A stretch of DNA of 63,307 nucleotides, filler included, from Rhabdomonas costata (Eukaryota): NCBI GenBank assembly GCA_019059605.1. It is 44 parts of 44 records of this genome, joined end to end, with 100 filler letters (N's around TTAATTAATTAA, not from the genome) between each part and the next. Parts side by side here need not be neighbours in the genome. Positions count along the whole stretch, not along the records: positions 24,503 to 25,844 come from JAHMHO010018817.1; positions 25,945 to 27,286 come from JAHMHO010018818.1; positions 27,387 to 28,728 come from JAHMHO010018819.1; positions 28,829 to 30,169 come from JAHMHO010018820.1; positions 30,270 to 31,610 come from JAHMHO010018821.1; positions 31,711 to 33,051 come from JAHMHO010018822.1; positions 33,152 to 34,493 come from JAHMHO010018823.1; positions 34,594 to 35,934 come from JAHMHO010018824.1; 36 more parts are not named here. The stretch is one strand, 5' to 3'. Position numbers and translations under genes: made by a program. Of the stretch, positions 25,077 to 37,575 are shown piece after piece. Positions within the stretch are counted from its first letter, which is position 1. Every line of letters starts with the position of its first letter. The notes beneath the pieces are model-generated. The model searched no databases. It was given only the letters and a program-made list of their open reading frames with translations, and was not told the origin of the DNA.

Positions 25077-27409
25077 GTTCGTGAAGGGTTTTCCCGGCCG
25101 GGGTGGCCTTATGGTTGCGCTTTTGGTTGAATAAAATATAAAAACAAAAGCTTATAACATGTTCCTTAAAAAACCACCCGTTGGAAAAGCACGTTTGGGG
25201 GGGTGTAAATGAAGGACCAAAAAAGGCTTGAATGCAAACCCTGGTTTTTTTAATACAAAATGAGCCATGTGACGGAAGCCAACCAATATCAACAAACAAA
25301 GTCACCACCATATCCCAGACCTTTCTTTCGTTAGGAGGAATGGGCGCCCAAGGAATGTCAATCAACAAAACAAAGCGAAGGAGAGGGTTGCTTCCGAGAG
25401 CGGAGAGCAAGAAACTGAAAACCAGTATCCGGCGGAGCAATGTCCCAGGAAATTCTAAGAGGGGATCAAACTTATGACGTCGAATAAGCCCGGCAGCAGA
25501 AAAGGCCGAATCTAAGGGAGGCTTCTCGGGGAAGCGCGCTGGCAAACGAAGGGAACAGGCGGCCGGAGGCGCAGGGAAGGGCCCAAACAAAAAGTGCACA
25601 AACAAAAAGTGGTCCACAGCGCGCGCCGCGCTTAAGACCATGGCAAGGAAAAAGCCTCCGAGGCAACCTGCACCCAGATGGCACAAGCCCTGGCCCGACT
25701 TAAGGGGTGCAGTAGGGGCGGCGATGGCATGAACAAGGTCGCACGTGGGCACGCTTTCTTTGACGGCTCTGGTTTTCCATCCGTTCCATGGTTGACGTCA
25801 CAGAAAGCGTGCCCACGTGCGACCTTGTTCATGCCAACCCCCCCNNNNNNNNNNNNNNNNNNNNNNNNNNNNNNNNNNNNNNNNNNNNTTAATTAATTAA
25901 NNNNNNNNNNNNNNNNNNNNNNNNNNNNNNNNNNNNNNNNNNNNGTAAAGTGGTAGAAAATAGGCGGTGGATATGATAAAATGGAAAAGTTTTGGAAGGG
26001 AACTGGCGAGTTGGAGGAAGCAAATGGAAAAGCACGACAAAGGTGCTACCTGGCCAATGTTGCGACGAGGTGTGAAATCACACGATGGATGTTGACGAGG
26101 TGCGAAAAAATCAGATAATCGAAGAATAAGAAAAAGAAAAAACTAGGAAACTATGGGAGATATTTTGCACGAAACCTTATGGAACAAGTTAAACTCGGGA
26201 TAACCTGTAAATCAGTCGTAAAAACCGATGAGGTCTTACTCTCTCGAAAGAAATCCGGAGTCCGAGGTTTTGATGATGCCGAAGCTGTCAACACACCAGG
26301 GTCCAGACATTGGCTAGATGGTGGTGGTCTAGTTCTGGTCGCCCATGGATCAAGGATTCGGCAGTGATATAGATGACCAAGAGAAACAGTAGGAGAAGTA
26401 GTACAGGTCGGTAGTGAGTCTATTGAGGTAACTTACATGTCGGTGGAAGCCAGAAAGAAAAAGGTGGCCGCTTCTCGACGTTCATTGCTTGGTGTTGTTC
26501 TAGACGTTCTGGTGATCTAGCTCAAAAAACACAAAAAGTCCTGAAGAGAACACGCGCAAGTGCATCATGCCGATAGAAAAAGAAACGTGGTGAGATACGT
26601 GTGGGCTTATCGTGGTCCGGAGAGGTCCACGCTTTGTCGAAGCAGTCGTTCATAATGGGCTTTGGCTGGACACTCGCCCATTTATGCTTCCGGGGATTCG
26701 GCGTTGACCGCTAAGTTGTTGTGGCCTTAGAGTTGGTATTCTCGATGCCTTCAAATGTTTGCTGTATCGGCGTTCTCGAAGCTTTGGCATTCCCAAAGCC
26801 TTGAAATTCTCAATGGAAGTCCGAACGTTCTGAAATATGCACACCATAGTACATAGTCATACTTCCTCTATTCATCGGCGTAGGTTTGTAGTTCTGTTCA
26901 GCGTCCGGATGGATCTGCCATTTTCGATTGCCGAGAGGGAAAATCCGAGATATAGATGGAGACACGAGTGTAAAGAGTTGTGGTTTGGGCACTAAGACCG
27001 GCGATAGCCTCGGACGATGCCTGACTCCACAACTCGCGACTTGATTGGCTGAGCTCGGTGGGGTTTCGTAATCAGGTGCATTGATGGTGGAGGTTGGTGT
27101 GTGATAGTGGCTTGGATTAACCCAGATTCGTAAGAGGCTGGTGAAGGAATTGGAGCAGCTTACTGAAGCTCTGGTTGTGGATCGGTTGAGCTGGCTACTG
27201 GTGAGATTGGCGTAGAGGTTGGAGCTTGTAGTTCGCTCGCTGTACTGCTTCACCAGCCTCTTACGAATCTGGGTTAATCCAAACCANNNNNNNNNNNNNN
27301 NNNNNNNNNNNNNNNNNNNNNNNNNNNNNNTTAATTAATTAANNNNNNNNNNNNNNNNNNNNNNNNNNNNNNNNNNNNNNNNNNNNGGTGGTGGGGGGGC
27401 TGAGACAAC

Positions 27410-28686
27410 CTGGGATGTCCCAGATGATGAGGCTAGCAGCCAAAAGGAGCAGGAACTTCGTGCGGATCCCCAGGTTGGAGTAATTGGCCTCGACACATAT
27501 CCCCAGCCCGGCATAGATGAACACCGTGAAGGTGGTGTGCAGCATGCAGATGTAGTACAGCATGTACTCGTTCTCCAGGGCCAGGCAGCACCACAGCGCG
27601 AAGAAGTTCAGTCGCCACTGCATTGCCAGGAACCGCGTCAGACCAAAGTCCTTCTTGATGTAGTAGTAGCTGAAGTTCCCGAACCCCGTCATCCACACAT
27701 AGGCCTGCAAAGCAGCAACATAGGAGATGGTCAGATTGTGAAGAGATGAGTGGCAGTCGCGCTGGAATGATAGTGGGCAAACTGCCCACCTCAACGCAGC
27801 CCAGCTGGCGATCCACACCTGCCCACTTTCGGCGGCTGAGCACCACGTTCAGGGAGGAAGGGTCGAGACAGCGAAGACGGGGCGCGGCATAGACATTAGA
27901 TAGACAGATACCGCAATGTAGCACCGAATGGCGCTGTAGTACTCCGTGGCATGGAAGTAGTGGTACATCAGGAACTGGATCTGCATCCAGCCCTTCCACT
28001 CCTCAGTCTGGTCGCGCTGCAGAAGCTTCACATGGACGTTATCAGGCTGCGCACCCCCCCTCCTCCTCCTCCTTCAAAAAACCCACACGCAGAAAATGGG
28101 AAAGAAGAGAGAAGCAAAAAGGAGGTGGATAGGTAGTAGAAAAGTAGTACTTGCAGTTATACGACCACATACCATTCACCAAGCAGTTTGCGGGCTGCAT
28201 TTGTCGATTGGTGACGCTGTCTCCGGGTTTGCTATATAGAACAAGAGGGCTGAAAGCCATCAAACCAAAAAGAAAAAGAAAAACAAAGCCGAGGTGGTTG
28301 AGACTGCTTCACCACGTGCGCTGGACTTACCACCGTCCTGCATAACGAAGTTGCAAGGGGATGAAAAGAGAAGCGCGGTGAGCTATGATGGGCTTTGATA
28401 TATCATCACACCCCTACACCGCACCCGTGCGAGAGAAGAGGTAGGGCGCGGAAGCAAACCGCGTCGCGGCGGATGGTGGCTAGGCTGGCGCCCACGATGG
28501 CAATCCAGATGAACCAGTACGTGTCCCTGCTGTAGTGCTTGTCCGCACGCCCCAGGAGGTCAGTGCGGTCGCAGATGAAGTACACCAGCAAGATCCCGCA
28601 CAGCTCCACCGCGGAGGTCAGCGTGTGCAGGTGGTCCTCGGTGATGTACCGCAGCATGGGCCGGCGCCACGCCACCCCCGAAAACA
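27410..28686 (-). CDS. CAS1-domain O-acetyltransferase (CASD1/RWA family), partial; exons ~28686-28460, 28046-27912, 27704-27410
   Basis: [23 protein letters not shown]...[22 protein letters not shown]...WRLNF...[11 protein letters not shown] is the RWA/Cas1 signature; introns in phase. Confidence 0.92.
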
Positions 28687-29158
28687 CTTTTTGCGAACAA
28701 AGCATCGGGAAACATCCACAACACCACCNNNNNNNNNNNNNNNNNNNNNNNNNNNNNNNNNNNNNNNNNNNNTTAATTAATTAANNNNNNNNNNNNNNNN
28801 NNNNNNNNNNNNNNNNNNNNNNNNNNNNTGTTTTTTTGACCTTCGCACTTATCCTCCGAAAACGTTGCCGAATGTCGCCGATGTGTGTCAACACATCAAG
28901 GGAACATCAGCCTACGTTCGCCCACAGTGAATGCCTCCAAACCCGATAATTCGGACTCGCTTGCCCGGAAAGCAGACAATCGCCAAAAGCCTTCTTCCGG
29001 GCTCCATTCGGAGACACGGTGAGGGTGGCCGTGTGCACGGAGGTGTTGCCTTGAAAGTGGCACTGGACAGTTCCCTGTAGTGGGATGGATGTGGCATCTG
29101 GTATATCGTATAATGAAAGCTTTGCGCACCCCTGTTTCGCTTAGCTTGTCTTCTCAAA

Positions 29159-29359
29159 ATGCCAGGCACACTCGCGATCTCAGATGAACTCATCACCAAC
29201 CTCTTGTTGAGCTATCTGTATCCTGGGGATGTCTTCCAAGTCGGAAACACTTGCATGATGCTGCGCAAAGCTGTGGATTTCGCCTCTCCTGAATGCAATG
29301 CCCTCCTGAATGGCCAGCGGCGAATCGTGGACCGACTCTGGGAGCTTCGACAAGGCGAG
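29159..29359 (+). CDS. F-box protein, first exon
   Basis: LAISDELITNLLLSYLYPGDVFQVGNTCMMLRKAV matches the F-box consensus; GAG|gt donor. Confidence 0.6.
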
Positions 29360-29744
29360 GTCTCACGCTCAGTTAGTATTGCACATGACCTTTTTGTTTT
29401 CTTTTCGTGACCATCGGCTATTATCGTGGTTAAGTCACAGCCGTGGCTCGACATTTTTCAGATCCTTCATTTCAATTTATTTGCATTCTCCATTTAAGGA
29501 CGGAGTTCTTGACGATATCTACACTTGGTGGGGCTATTTTGGTTTGGCTTCAGAATAATTCCAACGGAAGGAGGCGCGTGGCATATTTTGTCGTCGGGAA
29601 TGCAGCGTGGAGCATATTTAAAAATAGGCGTATTATTGCCACCCCCCCCCCCTATCAAGTGTATTTTGGGGACCCCCTCCCCTGTTTTGGGTGTATTTTG
29701 CGGACCCAAGGTTTCCCAGACAGGGTCCGAAAAGGAGGGGAGGG

Positions 29745-30169
29745 AACGCAGAACACGTGGGAGCGTAGTGATATAAAGCAGGAGCGTGAGCACAAACCTG
29801 TGCAAACAGCACTTGACGACTGGAGAGGTTGAACTATTACGAAAGTCAATTGTACAATTCCGACTCCACACCCGCGCTTGGAGCACCAAGCGTTCCGCCG
29901 CTCTCTTTCTCCTACCACAACCTGGACAGGATGAAGATAGGACAGGGCTCCGCCCTTTCAGCTTTCAGGAGGAGTCGCTTTCCCGCAAGTCGCAAAGTTT
30001 CGCCCACTGCTATGGGTCGGAGGCCCTCCTTTCTTAGGAATGGATGAAGCTTAGCGGCCGTAATCGTGTGACTAAGCTCTGCAGGAGAGGCTCCTCCTAT
30101 GAGTTTAGTTGTGAAAACGCAAAGCGCCAAAAGGAGAGAATCTGTCCCGGTGCGGTTAAGGCACTGGCA
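29745..30169 (-). mobile_element. Degenerate non-LTR retrotransposon RT fragment (CRE/SLACS-like)
   Basis: AAKLHPFLRKEGLRPIAVGETLR.LAGK followed, across frameshifts, by PVQVVVG and IDFRN; matches RT domains 1-3 of early-branching LINEs. Confidence 0.65.
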
Positions 30170-30585
30170 NNNNNNNNNNNNNNNNNNNNNNNNNNNNNNN
30201 NNNNNNNNNNNNNTTAATTAATTAANNNNNNNNNNNNNNNNNNNNNNNNNNNNNNNNNNNNNNNNNNNNCAATACATCGGATAACCACGAATAGCCGCTC
30301 GTGAAGAGGGTGGTGGGAAGAGGCGGTAGTATCTGAAAAGCGCTGTTCACTGAAAAGGGTGGGACAATTCAAGCCGGAAACATGTGGTGGAGTGAAGCTT
30401 GGCTTGTGGGGGGAAGCAGGGAGAAGGCCGAAAATAAACTGAAGTACTCCCCTCCTGCTGAAGTATTACTCAAGTTTTCCCCTCCTTGGAAGTCGATCCT
30501 TTGTTCGCAGCGCTCTAGCTGGTTATCCTTTAGAGCCCCCCACCAAACTTTGAAAATAAACAACCCCTCCGCCACCCTTTCCCAG

Positions 30586-31581
30586 CGACAACCTTCACCA
30601 CGCCGAACTCCTACCCACACGTGTACGAGTACACCGTGCTGGATGGCTCGCTGATGTACGATCCGTGCCCCTCAATGATCTTGCAGTGGACCCTGGTCAG
30701 CACCACGGCGCCAACCCGGCCCGACCTCTCCAGAGTCGTGCTCAACGACAGAGTATGCCCGCAGTGAATGTGTAGAGGTGGGGGGTATTCCTTGGCATCT
30801 GGAATGAGCCGAGCTCGGTTCTACTATCCCCGCCCATTGAAGGATCATGCTGTATGACTTTTCCCTCATTCACTTCAGGGGTTTCTGGGTTTCTGGCACA
30901 TTTTTTCTAGCAGCAAGCCAGGTCTCTCGTTCTGCAGTGCTGAACATTACCACCCCTCCAGCAGCCCACTCCGGCCGTGCGGCGGCCACCACCATCACCA
31001 TCACACAGTTAATAATACCTGCTCGTTCGCCGTATCATAGTAGGAAGAATTAAATCGTCCTGTGCCCGAAACTTTGATGGTGCTAAACGTTGAAACGTTG
31101 AATGCCTCCGCGTCGTGTGTGGCCTTTTGACGATCCTTCCGTGCGCTCAACCGCAAGGAATTTGCAGTATTTGACATCACGACGCATCCATCAGAGAGTG
31201 CAAATTTCGTTTACGATATTTTTATGCAAAATGCAAACCGACTATTCCGTAAGCAGGGCTGATCGCCCTTCCGCTTGTGAGACCACACCTTCGAAACTGC
31301 GGTCACATTGTTCAAGATCGACAGAGGGCACAGCTGGTCGTTGCCAGCCATCGACCACCAGCCACATGGATTTCCTCCACACCCATACACGCTGTTGTTT
31401 CATCTCCAGGTTCTTGTGCTGCCGCCTTACACCCTAACTGCGGGGTACAGCTACACCTTCCTCTTCACGGCATCCACCTCAAACATCCTGGTGAGTGTGT
31501 ACTTCCCCGTGCTGACCACGCTGCGGGGCTCGCTCTTCCCCGTGATCGTGCCTGGGGGGAACATCTCATTCCCACGCCAAG
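30586..31581 (+). CDS. PKD/REJ-domain extracellular protein, partial; exons 30586-30752 and 31410-31581
   Basis: VLDGSLMYDPC...LQWTL...DR|VLVLPPYTLTAGYSYTFLFTAS...LFPVIVPGG fits the REJ pattern; phase-0 join. Confidence 0.65.
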
Positions 31582-32050
31582 GTAACTCCTTCCGACCTCT
31601 CAACCAAAAANNNNNNNNNNNNNNNNNNNNNNNNNNNNNNNNNNNNNNNNNNNNTTAATTAATTAANNNNNNNNNNNNNNNNNNNNNNNNNNNNNNNNNN
31701 NNNNNNNNNNTCCGCGGAGAAGATCGGCGAGCAGGTGGTTTCTTTTGTGTTTTTCTTGAGTCGGTTAGATGTGAGTTTCGAAAAAAAAATACGACGAAGA
31801 AGAGGCGTCATTAGACGGTGTTGGGTGATCATCCATCGGTCCTTGACCTTTTTGACTCGCTGGTTCAACCTGGAGCAGACGTTTTTCAATTTGAATGGGT
31901 GTGTGTGTGTGTGTGGGTGGGTGGGTCATTAACCACATATCGTGCTGTACCCTTCTGTAAATCGGTGGTTGACCGCCGAAGGGTTCTGACCCTTTCTTTA
32001 CCTGTGGACGATTGCTTGGCAGTGAAATCACTTCACGGATTCTGCCATAG

Positions 32051-32842
32051 GCTCCGCGCCGTGTCGTCTTGGTTGCCGTCCAACTGGCGAAGGGTTGGGC
32101 TGGAGTATTGCCAGTGTGCTGTTGTTGAGCTGTTGGGGGAGGGGGTTGATGAACTTCAGGCCCTTGCCGAGCCCTTCCACTTTCACATGGTCACTGAGGG
32201 CGAGTGCACCGTGCTGCTCCCTGCAAACCCCGCAAAGCCCGTGTGCCTCAAAGCACACCCCTCCGCCGTGGAGGTTCGTTCCCGGATTGTGCGGGAAGGC
32301 AGCCTGGTGTGCGACCCCTTCGCCTTCTCCTCCCAATGGGTCAAGGTCAAAGGTTCGATGCTGGAATTGCTGCAACTGGAATGGTTCGTCAGTCAGCATC
32401 CGCGTCAAAGACACATAACCCAAGAAAAAAAAGCGCGCACCAAAATCAGGTATTCCTTATTGTATTGCTTGTATTTGTCCGCTGAAGAAGTCAGTTAAGC
32501 CTTCCAAAGTTGGTTGCTTCCAACATAAAGTGAACCCCCATTCATTATATTTTTCTTTGATGTTTTCTGTTCTTTCAGAGAGTCAGTCAGCTGCTTGTGC
32601 GCTTTGGACGTGCTTCCCTTGCCGCGACGACCCTGGAGGGCAGCATGGGGTCTCTGTGCGAAGGTGACCTCCGCCTTGACTCCCTGGCAGGTGTGCTGCT
32701 TGAAGAGACGGACGTGGAAGTGCGGCTGTCATGGCCTCAGCCAGTGCATGCAGCCACGTCAGAAGCTTCTGCAACGGCGGCGGGACTGCAGGGGGTGCTA
32801 GGGTGGCCTGGTTTTGCCCGCCGTGGGCTGAAGGAAGCCTGG
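32051..32842 (+). CDS. Unidentified gene, two probable exons (~32051-32382, ~32579-32842)
   Basis: Long GC3-rich open frames after AG acceptors; boundaries approximate. Confidence 0.4.
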
Positions 32843-32983
32843 GGTACCTCTGCGGTCAATGCCTTGCTCTTCACAACGCCAGTGAGGATGCACTTTGATC
32901 CGCGGCGCTCTGAGCTTCTGATGGGCATGCCTTCCCATCCTTCCTTCGCCCGTCGCCCGTTTCTCACGTCCCCTCATGGAGAG

Positions 32984-33051
32984 AGCCATGGATCCACCGG
33001 TCTGTTGCTGGAACACGTCAATGGGGTCCTCATCTTCCATTTCCAGCTGTG
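32984..33051 (-). other. SUMO2/3 C-terminus followed by AgeI-BamHI-NcoI sites; probable expression-vector contaminant chimera
   Basis: QLEMEDEDPIDVFQQQTGG differs from human SUMO2/3 by one residue; the DNA reads ACCGGT-GGATCC-ATGG; it sits at the contig end. Confidence 0.8.
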
Positions 33052-33283
33052 NNNNNNNNNNNNNNNNNNNNNNNNNNNNNNNNNNNNNNNNNNNNTTAAT
33101 TAATTAANNNNNNNNNNNNNNNNNNNNNNNNNNNNNNNNNNNNNNNNNNNNGTGTGGTTTGCCTCTCTGCCGTCGGATTCGGGGTTCGGACCACATGCCT
33201 TTGGTCTCGCCTTTTGTTTTTCTTTCCAGGTCATGCTTTTAATTTGTTTTCTTGTCTGGAGAATCCCGTGAATCTGGTGGTGA

Positions 33284-34002
33284 ATGTCTCGTGGAGTTAT
33301 TCCCGAAGGGAAGATGGAAATTGTTGAGGGATTTGCGTCCATTTTGGTTCCTGTTGCCGGGGGGCAGTCTGGCGCTTCGGACAAGCGCCATTGCAAGTCG
33401 GTTGGTTTCACCGGTGACAAAGAAGAAGCTGCCGAGGTTTTATTGCTGTGTGAAAATTGTCTTCTTTAATATTTTTACGAATAGAGAAAAGACACGATAA
33501 GGTCTGAATCGTGTCCTGCTCTCTTTTCAGGGCTCCTTTTTCATTCAGGGTTTGGGACCAAACCCGGCAGGAGTATTCTACAACAAGGCACAAGTTGTCA
33601 ACCGGGACCTCAGCATTGTGGTACTGCGGGCCTTCGCTGAGGTCTGGAAGGCAACTACTAGCAGACCCGATGAGTTCGGGCTGCGCCGCCGAAACCGACC
33701 ATCCAAGAGCCAGAGCCCGTCGCTTAGCATTCTGGAGGCTCTTGGAGCCACTGGGCTTCGGAGCTTGCGGTACCGCAAGGAAGTTCCGGGAGTAGGCCTC
33801 ATTGTTTGCAACGACATCAGCCCCACGGCCTTTGCTGCGATTCGACAAAACATGACCCACAACGGAGTCCCAGTCGTTCCTGAACAGGAGGACCTTTCGC
33901 GAAACCCGGTGGACTCCGAAGGGATGGTGGGCGAGAGGGCGGACACTGATCTGATCTCGGGAATTCTGCCCCACTGTGAGGATGCCATCTCGTTGATGTA
34001 CA
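33284..34002 (+). CDS. TRM1: tRNA (guanine26-N2,N2)-dimethyltransferase, N-terminal part; exons 33284-33400 and 33549-~34002
   Basis: IVEGFASIL...VFYNKAQVVNRDLSI...ILEALGATGLRSLRYRKEVPGV..IVCNDIS...EDAISLMY. Confidence 0.92.
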
Positions 34003-35046
34003 AGTACCGTCCCAGCTGTGGTATTATTTGCGTGCCAAACGCTCGGTCTATCTGGTTGGTGAACGGGTGGGTAATTGGTGGGTAATTCACAGGTTGCGGT
34101 GATATTCAGTTATTTGCTTTCTTTTTCAGCCTTTGCACTCGCATCTTCAGCCTTTGTTCAGGATACCCTTTCTCAACAGTCACACAAGGGCAGCACATCC
34201 TCTTCAAAGGGCTCCACCAAGCAAATATCGTCACCTATTTCCCGCAAACTTCCTTTTTGGACGATAGCATAAAGCAGCAACCACAGTCAGGAATGTGGGG
34301 TAGAAGGGAGGTTACCAGATGTGGAACGTTCGGCAGTGAGCCGGTTCCCCAAGGCAATGTTCGCTCCAACAGTACCTCTCGCAACCACCCGTGGCCAACA
34401 GCGCGTGCGCCCGTCAGTCCACTGTGGTCACCAACAACCAGGCAACAGCCAGCACGCAATGCGCCCAACACACACACACACACACACAACAAANNNNNNN
34501 NNNNNNNNNNNNNNNNNNNNNNNNNNNNNNNNNNNNNTTAATTAATTAANNNNNNNNNNNNNNNNNNNNNNNNNNNNNNNNNNNNNNNNNNNNTGTGGGG
34601 GGTGGCACGAAGCTTTCTTATTGGCTTAATTTGGGGAAGGTGTTTATGTTCGTTCTTGGTAGTAAGCTTTGGAGAAGGCAATGCAATGAAAATTGGTCAC
34701 TCAGGTATGATCTCGGGCCACAGGAGAACCTGTAGCGTTCAGGGGGTGGTTTGCCTTCGCTTTCTTGGAAGTGGCAATGGTGTTAGTGATTACTTTTGTG
34801 CACCCCATCGTAAAGGTTGGTGGTCTGTCGATGTCAAAAACGAGGGAGGGTAATGGAATCATGGATGTTTCCCGAAGGCAGTGCGGACTTCTATTGAGAG
34901 GCTGGCACTGTCCCGAGACCAAGCTGCATCTGTCTTTGGTGTCAACTCCCTCTCTCTGACATAGCTGACGTACCTTCACCACTCGCCAACAGCGAAGTGT
35001 GGTCTGGCGCAGTATCCCGTTGCTCTTTTCTGGGGGGGGGTGCCAG

Positions 35047-35772
35047 CTCGTCTTCGGAGTTGTCTCGCAGAAGTCCAAGGAGGTCGTCGAAAAGTTCGCA
35101 GTGAAGGACTTTCCCAGCATTGCTGTGTTGGAGCGCTCCAGCGCAACCGTGAAGCAGTGGTACAAGGGAGAGATGAAGTACATGGACATCGCGAAGTTTC
35201 TGCAGAGCTTTGTCAAAGGCAGCCTCCCTCTTCCCCCCTCGCGCCATACATCAGTCACAAGATAGCACGTGGCCGTGGCTTCAACTTTTCCTTTTTCTCT
35301 GGCAATGACGCATGACAAAGGACACAGCAAACATTATTGTGCGTTATCCTCTTCCTCAGAGTTTCCGGTGGGTGAAAAAGATTCGAAAAAGATTAATGCC
35401 CTGTCTTTCAGTTTGACGCGTTTGGTCATGACCAGGAAATGAGAAAAGCAGGTGGATGTGAACGCTCCAGGCTGCGCGTGTGTATATAAGGACATCATTT
35501 CTGCTTGCTACCTTTCATCCTTCAGTCAACCCGTTGCTATCTCTTTGGTGTCGGTCAAGAAGGACCCGAAGAATCCAATTGTTCGGCCAATGGCAGCTTT
35601 TCCCCCCCCCCCTTCTTAGGGGCCGACGGGGTCAGCGCCGCGGAGGAGCCAGAGAGCTCTGCCGAGGCAACGGAGCCCACAAAGCCCGCCAAACCCGCTT
35701 CCCCCAAGGCGGAGGCTAAGCAGCAGCCCGCGCTCAGGCCCCTCTCGGAGGAAGCCTTCTTGGCGTATGCTG
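35047..35772 (+). CDS. Thioredoxin-like fold domain protein (PDI/ERdj-type), partial; exons 35047-35218 and 35620-~35772
   Basis: VFGVV...EVVEKFAVKDFPSIAVL...YKGEMKYMDIAKFL fits a redox-inactive Trx domain; GC-AG join in phase. Confidence 0.6.
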
Positions 35773-36353
35773 GCAGGCTCCCTCCCCTTTCGAAATTCCC
35801 AGCTACCTCGAACTTGCCCCCTTGGGGAGCGCAAAGTTCTCCCTCATTTTGATATTTTTGCTAGGGCCTACTGAGAGGTCAGGGTCAGACAGAATTTCAC
35901 CCCCCCCCCGAAAAAAGTTCAGTCGACGAGTGGANNNNNNNNNNNNNNNNNNNNNNNNNNNNNNNNNNNNNNNNNNNNTTAATTAATTAANNNNNNNNNN
36001 NNNNNNNNNNNNNNNNNNNNNNNNNNNNNNNNNNGTGGTGGGTGTGTTTGGGTGTTTGGGGGGTTGCACGCAAACTTTTTTTCTGCAACTGATGCGCCCG
36101 TCGCTCGTTGCTTTTTTCTTCACGTTGTCTCGTGCCCATGAAATTTATCGCTTCGTTTCGCTTTCTCGGCCGCGCACTTTTCCTACCTCGGCCCCGGTTT
36201 GTATGTGCCCTGTTGAGCACATCCATTTCTTGTGGGAATTTTGTATTTGTGGATGCGGCATTGGAATATTGGAACAACTGGTTGTATTGCAGGAAGCAAA
36301 CACCTGTGTTTTTGTATCTGTTAGCCCTTTCTCTCTCTTCTCTCTCTTTGTAG

Positions 36354-37154
36354 CCCCAGGCCGATCCCGCAGCGCAGGCCGCCGCAGCGATGCGCTCGCC
36401 CCTCGAGCCGCGCAGGGAGCAGGTGTGCCATGAGCTGAAGTCATCAACTGACCTGGTAGTAAGCCCCTTGGACATCCACACAACTGGATGACAAGTTTGC
36501 CATGTGTTTCTGCACCGGCCTTGGACTCTTTTGCCCCCCCCCCTCCCGCTATTCATTCCGCATCAAGAGCGGTATTAGTGAGTAGCGTCCGCTACGCAAA
36601 TACTTCGGAACAGACCTAATTGTTCTTAACGGGGTTCCGTGATCGTACGGAAGTGTTTTACGCCAACCTAGCGCTGGGCACATCGCAAACGCATTCTGAC
36701 TTTGGGGAGAAAATTTCACCATTGCAACAAGAGCCCGTTTTTGCGTTTTCCCCAATTGTCAATATGTGGGTCAGCAACGCGGAGCGAACTGTCGAAAATA
36801 ACCTGTGGGTACGATACCTGCAGGCAGATTGCATGCCGCGACCTATGCAAACCACTTTTTGGGTGACCACTTTTTGCCCACCACCAGCAAGAAAAGCCAG
36901 TGCGGACGTATGGTCGGAGTCTGAAGTAGACAATCGTTGTTGGATGCTGGTTCTTTTTTCTCAGCCCTGTGTACTTCCCTCGCCCCTTCCTCAGAACGTG
37001 GGGATTGTGCTTTCCTACCTGAAACTTCCCCCGGAGCAGCTGGTTGCCGCGGTGGTGGCGCTGGACCAGACGAAGGTCGGCGTGGACACCGTGGAGGCCC
37101 TGCTGTCGATCTGCCCAAAGCCTCCGGAGGTGCAGGCTGTGCTTGCAGTGCCAG
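36354..37154 (+). CDS. Formin FH2 domain, partial; exons ~36354-36422 and 36995-37154
   Basis: PLEPRREQ|NVGIVLSYLKLPPEQLVAAVVALD...VEALLSICPKPPE matches FH2 LD.KR.QN+.I.L. Confidence 0.8.
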
Positions 37155-37575
37155 GTCCTGCCTGATCTCCCTCCCTTGCCACGCGCCACGAGAAGTGTGC
37201 TTACGTGAAGGGGACCCAGAAAGAGCGCACGCACACATGAGATTGGTGTCTGGGCACAAAGGCACACATACATATACAAGAAGCCCCAGTGCATCCATCA
37301 TCCCGTCACTCCGCACCTCGCACACTCGGAGCCCGACCCTTCCTCCGATTCCATTTGCGAAGCATCCCACAAACCCNNNNNNNNNNNNNNNNNNNNNNNN
37401 NNNNNNNNNNNNNNNNNNNNTTAATTAATTAANNNNNNNNNNNNNNNNNNNNNNNNNNNNNNNNNNNNNNNNNNNNGTGGGGTTGTCATGTCCCTCTTTC
37501 CGGCGGTCTGTGCACTTTACGGACGAATTCACTTAAAACAAACAAGCCAGGGAATGAGAGGCATGACAGCCGCAC

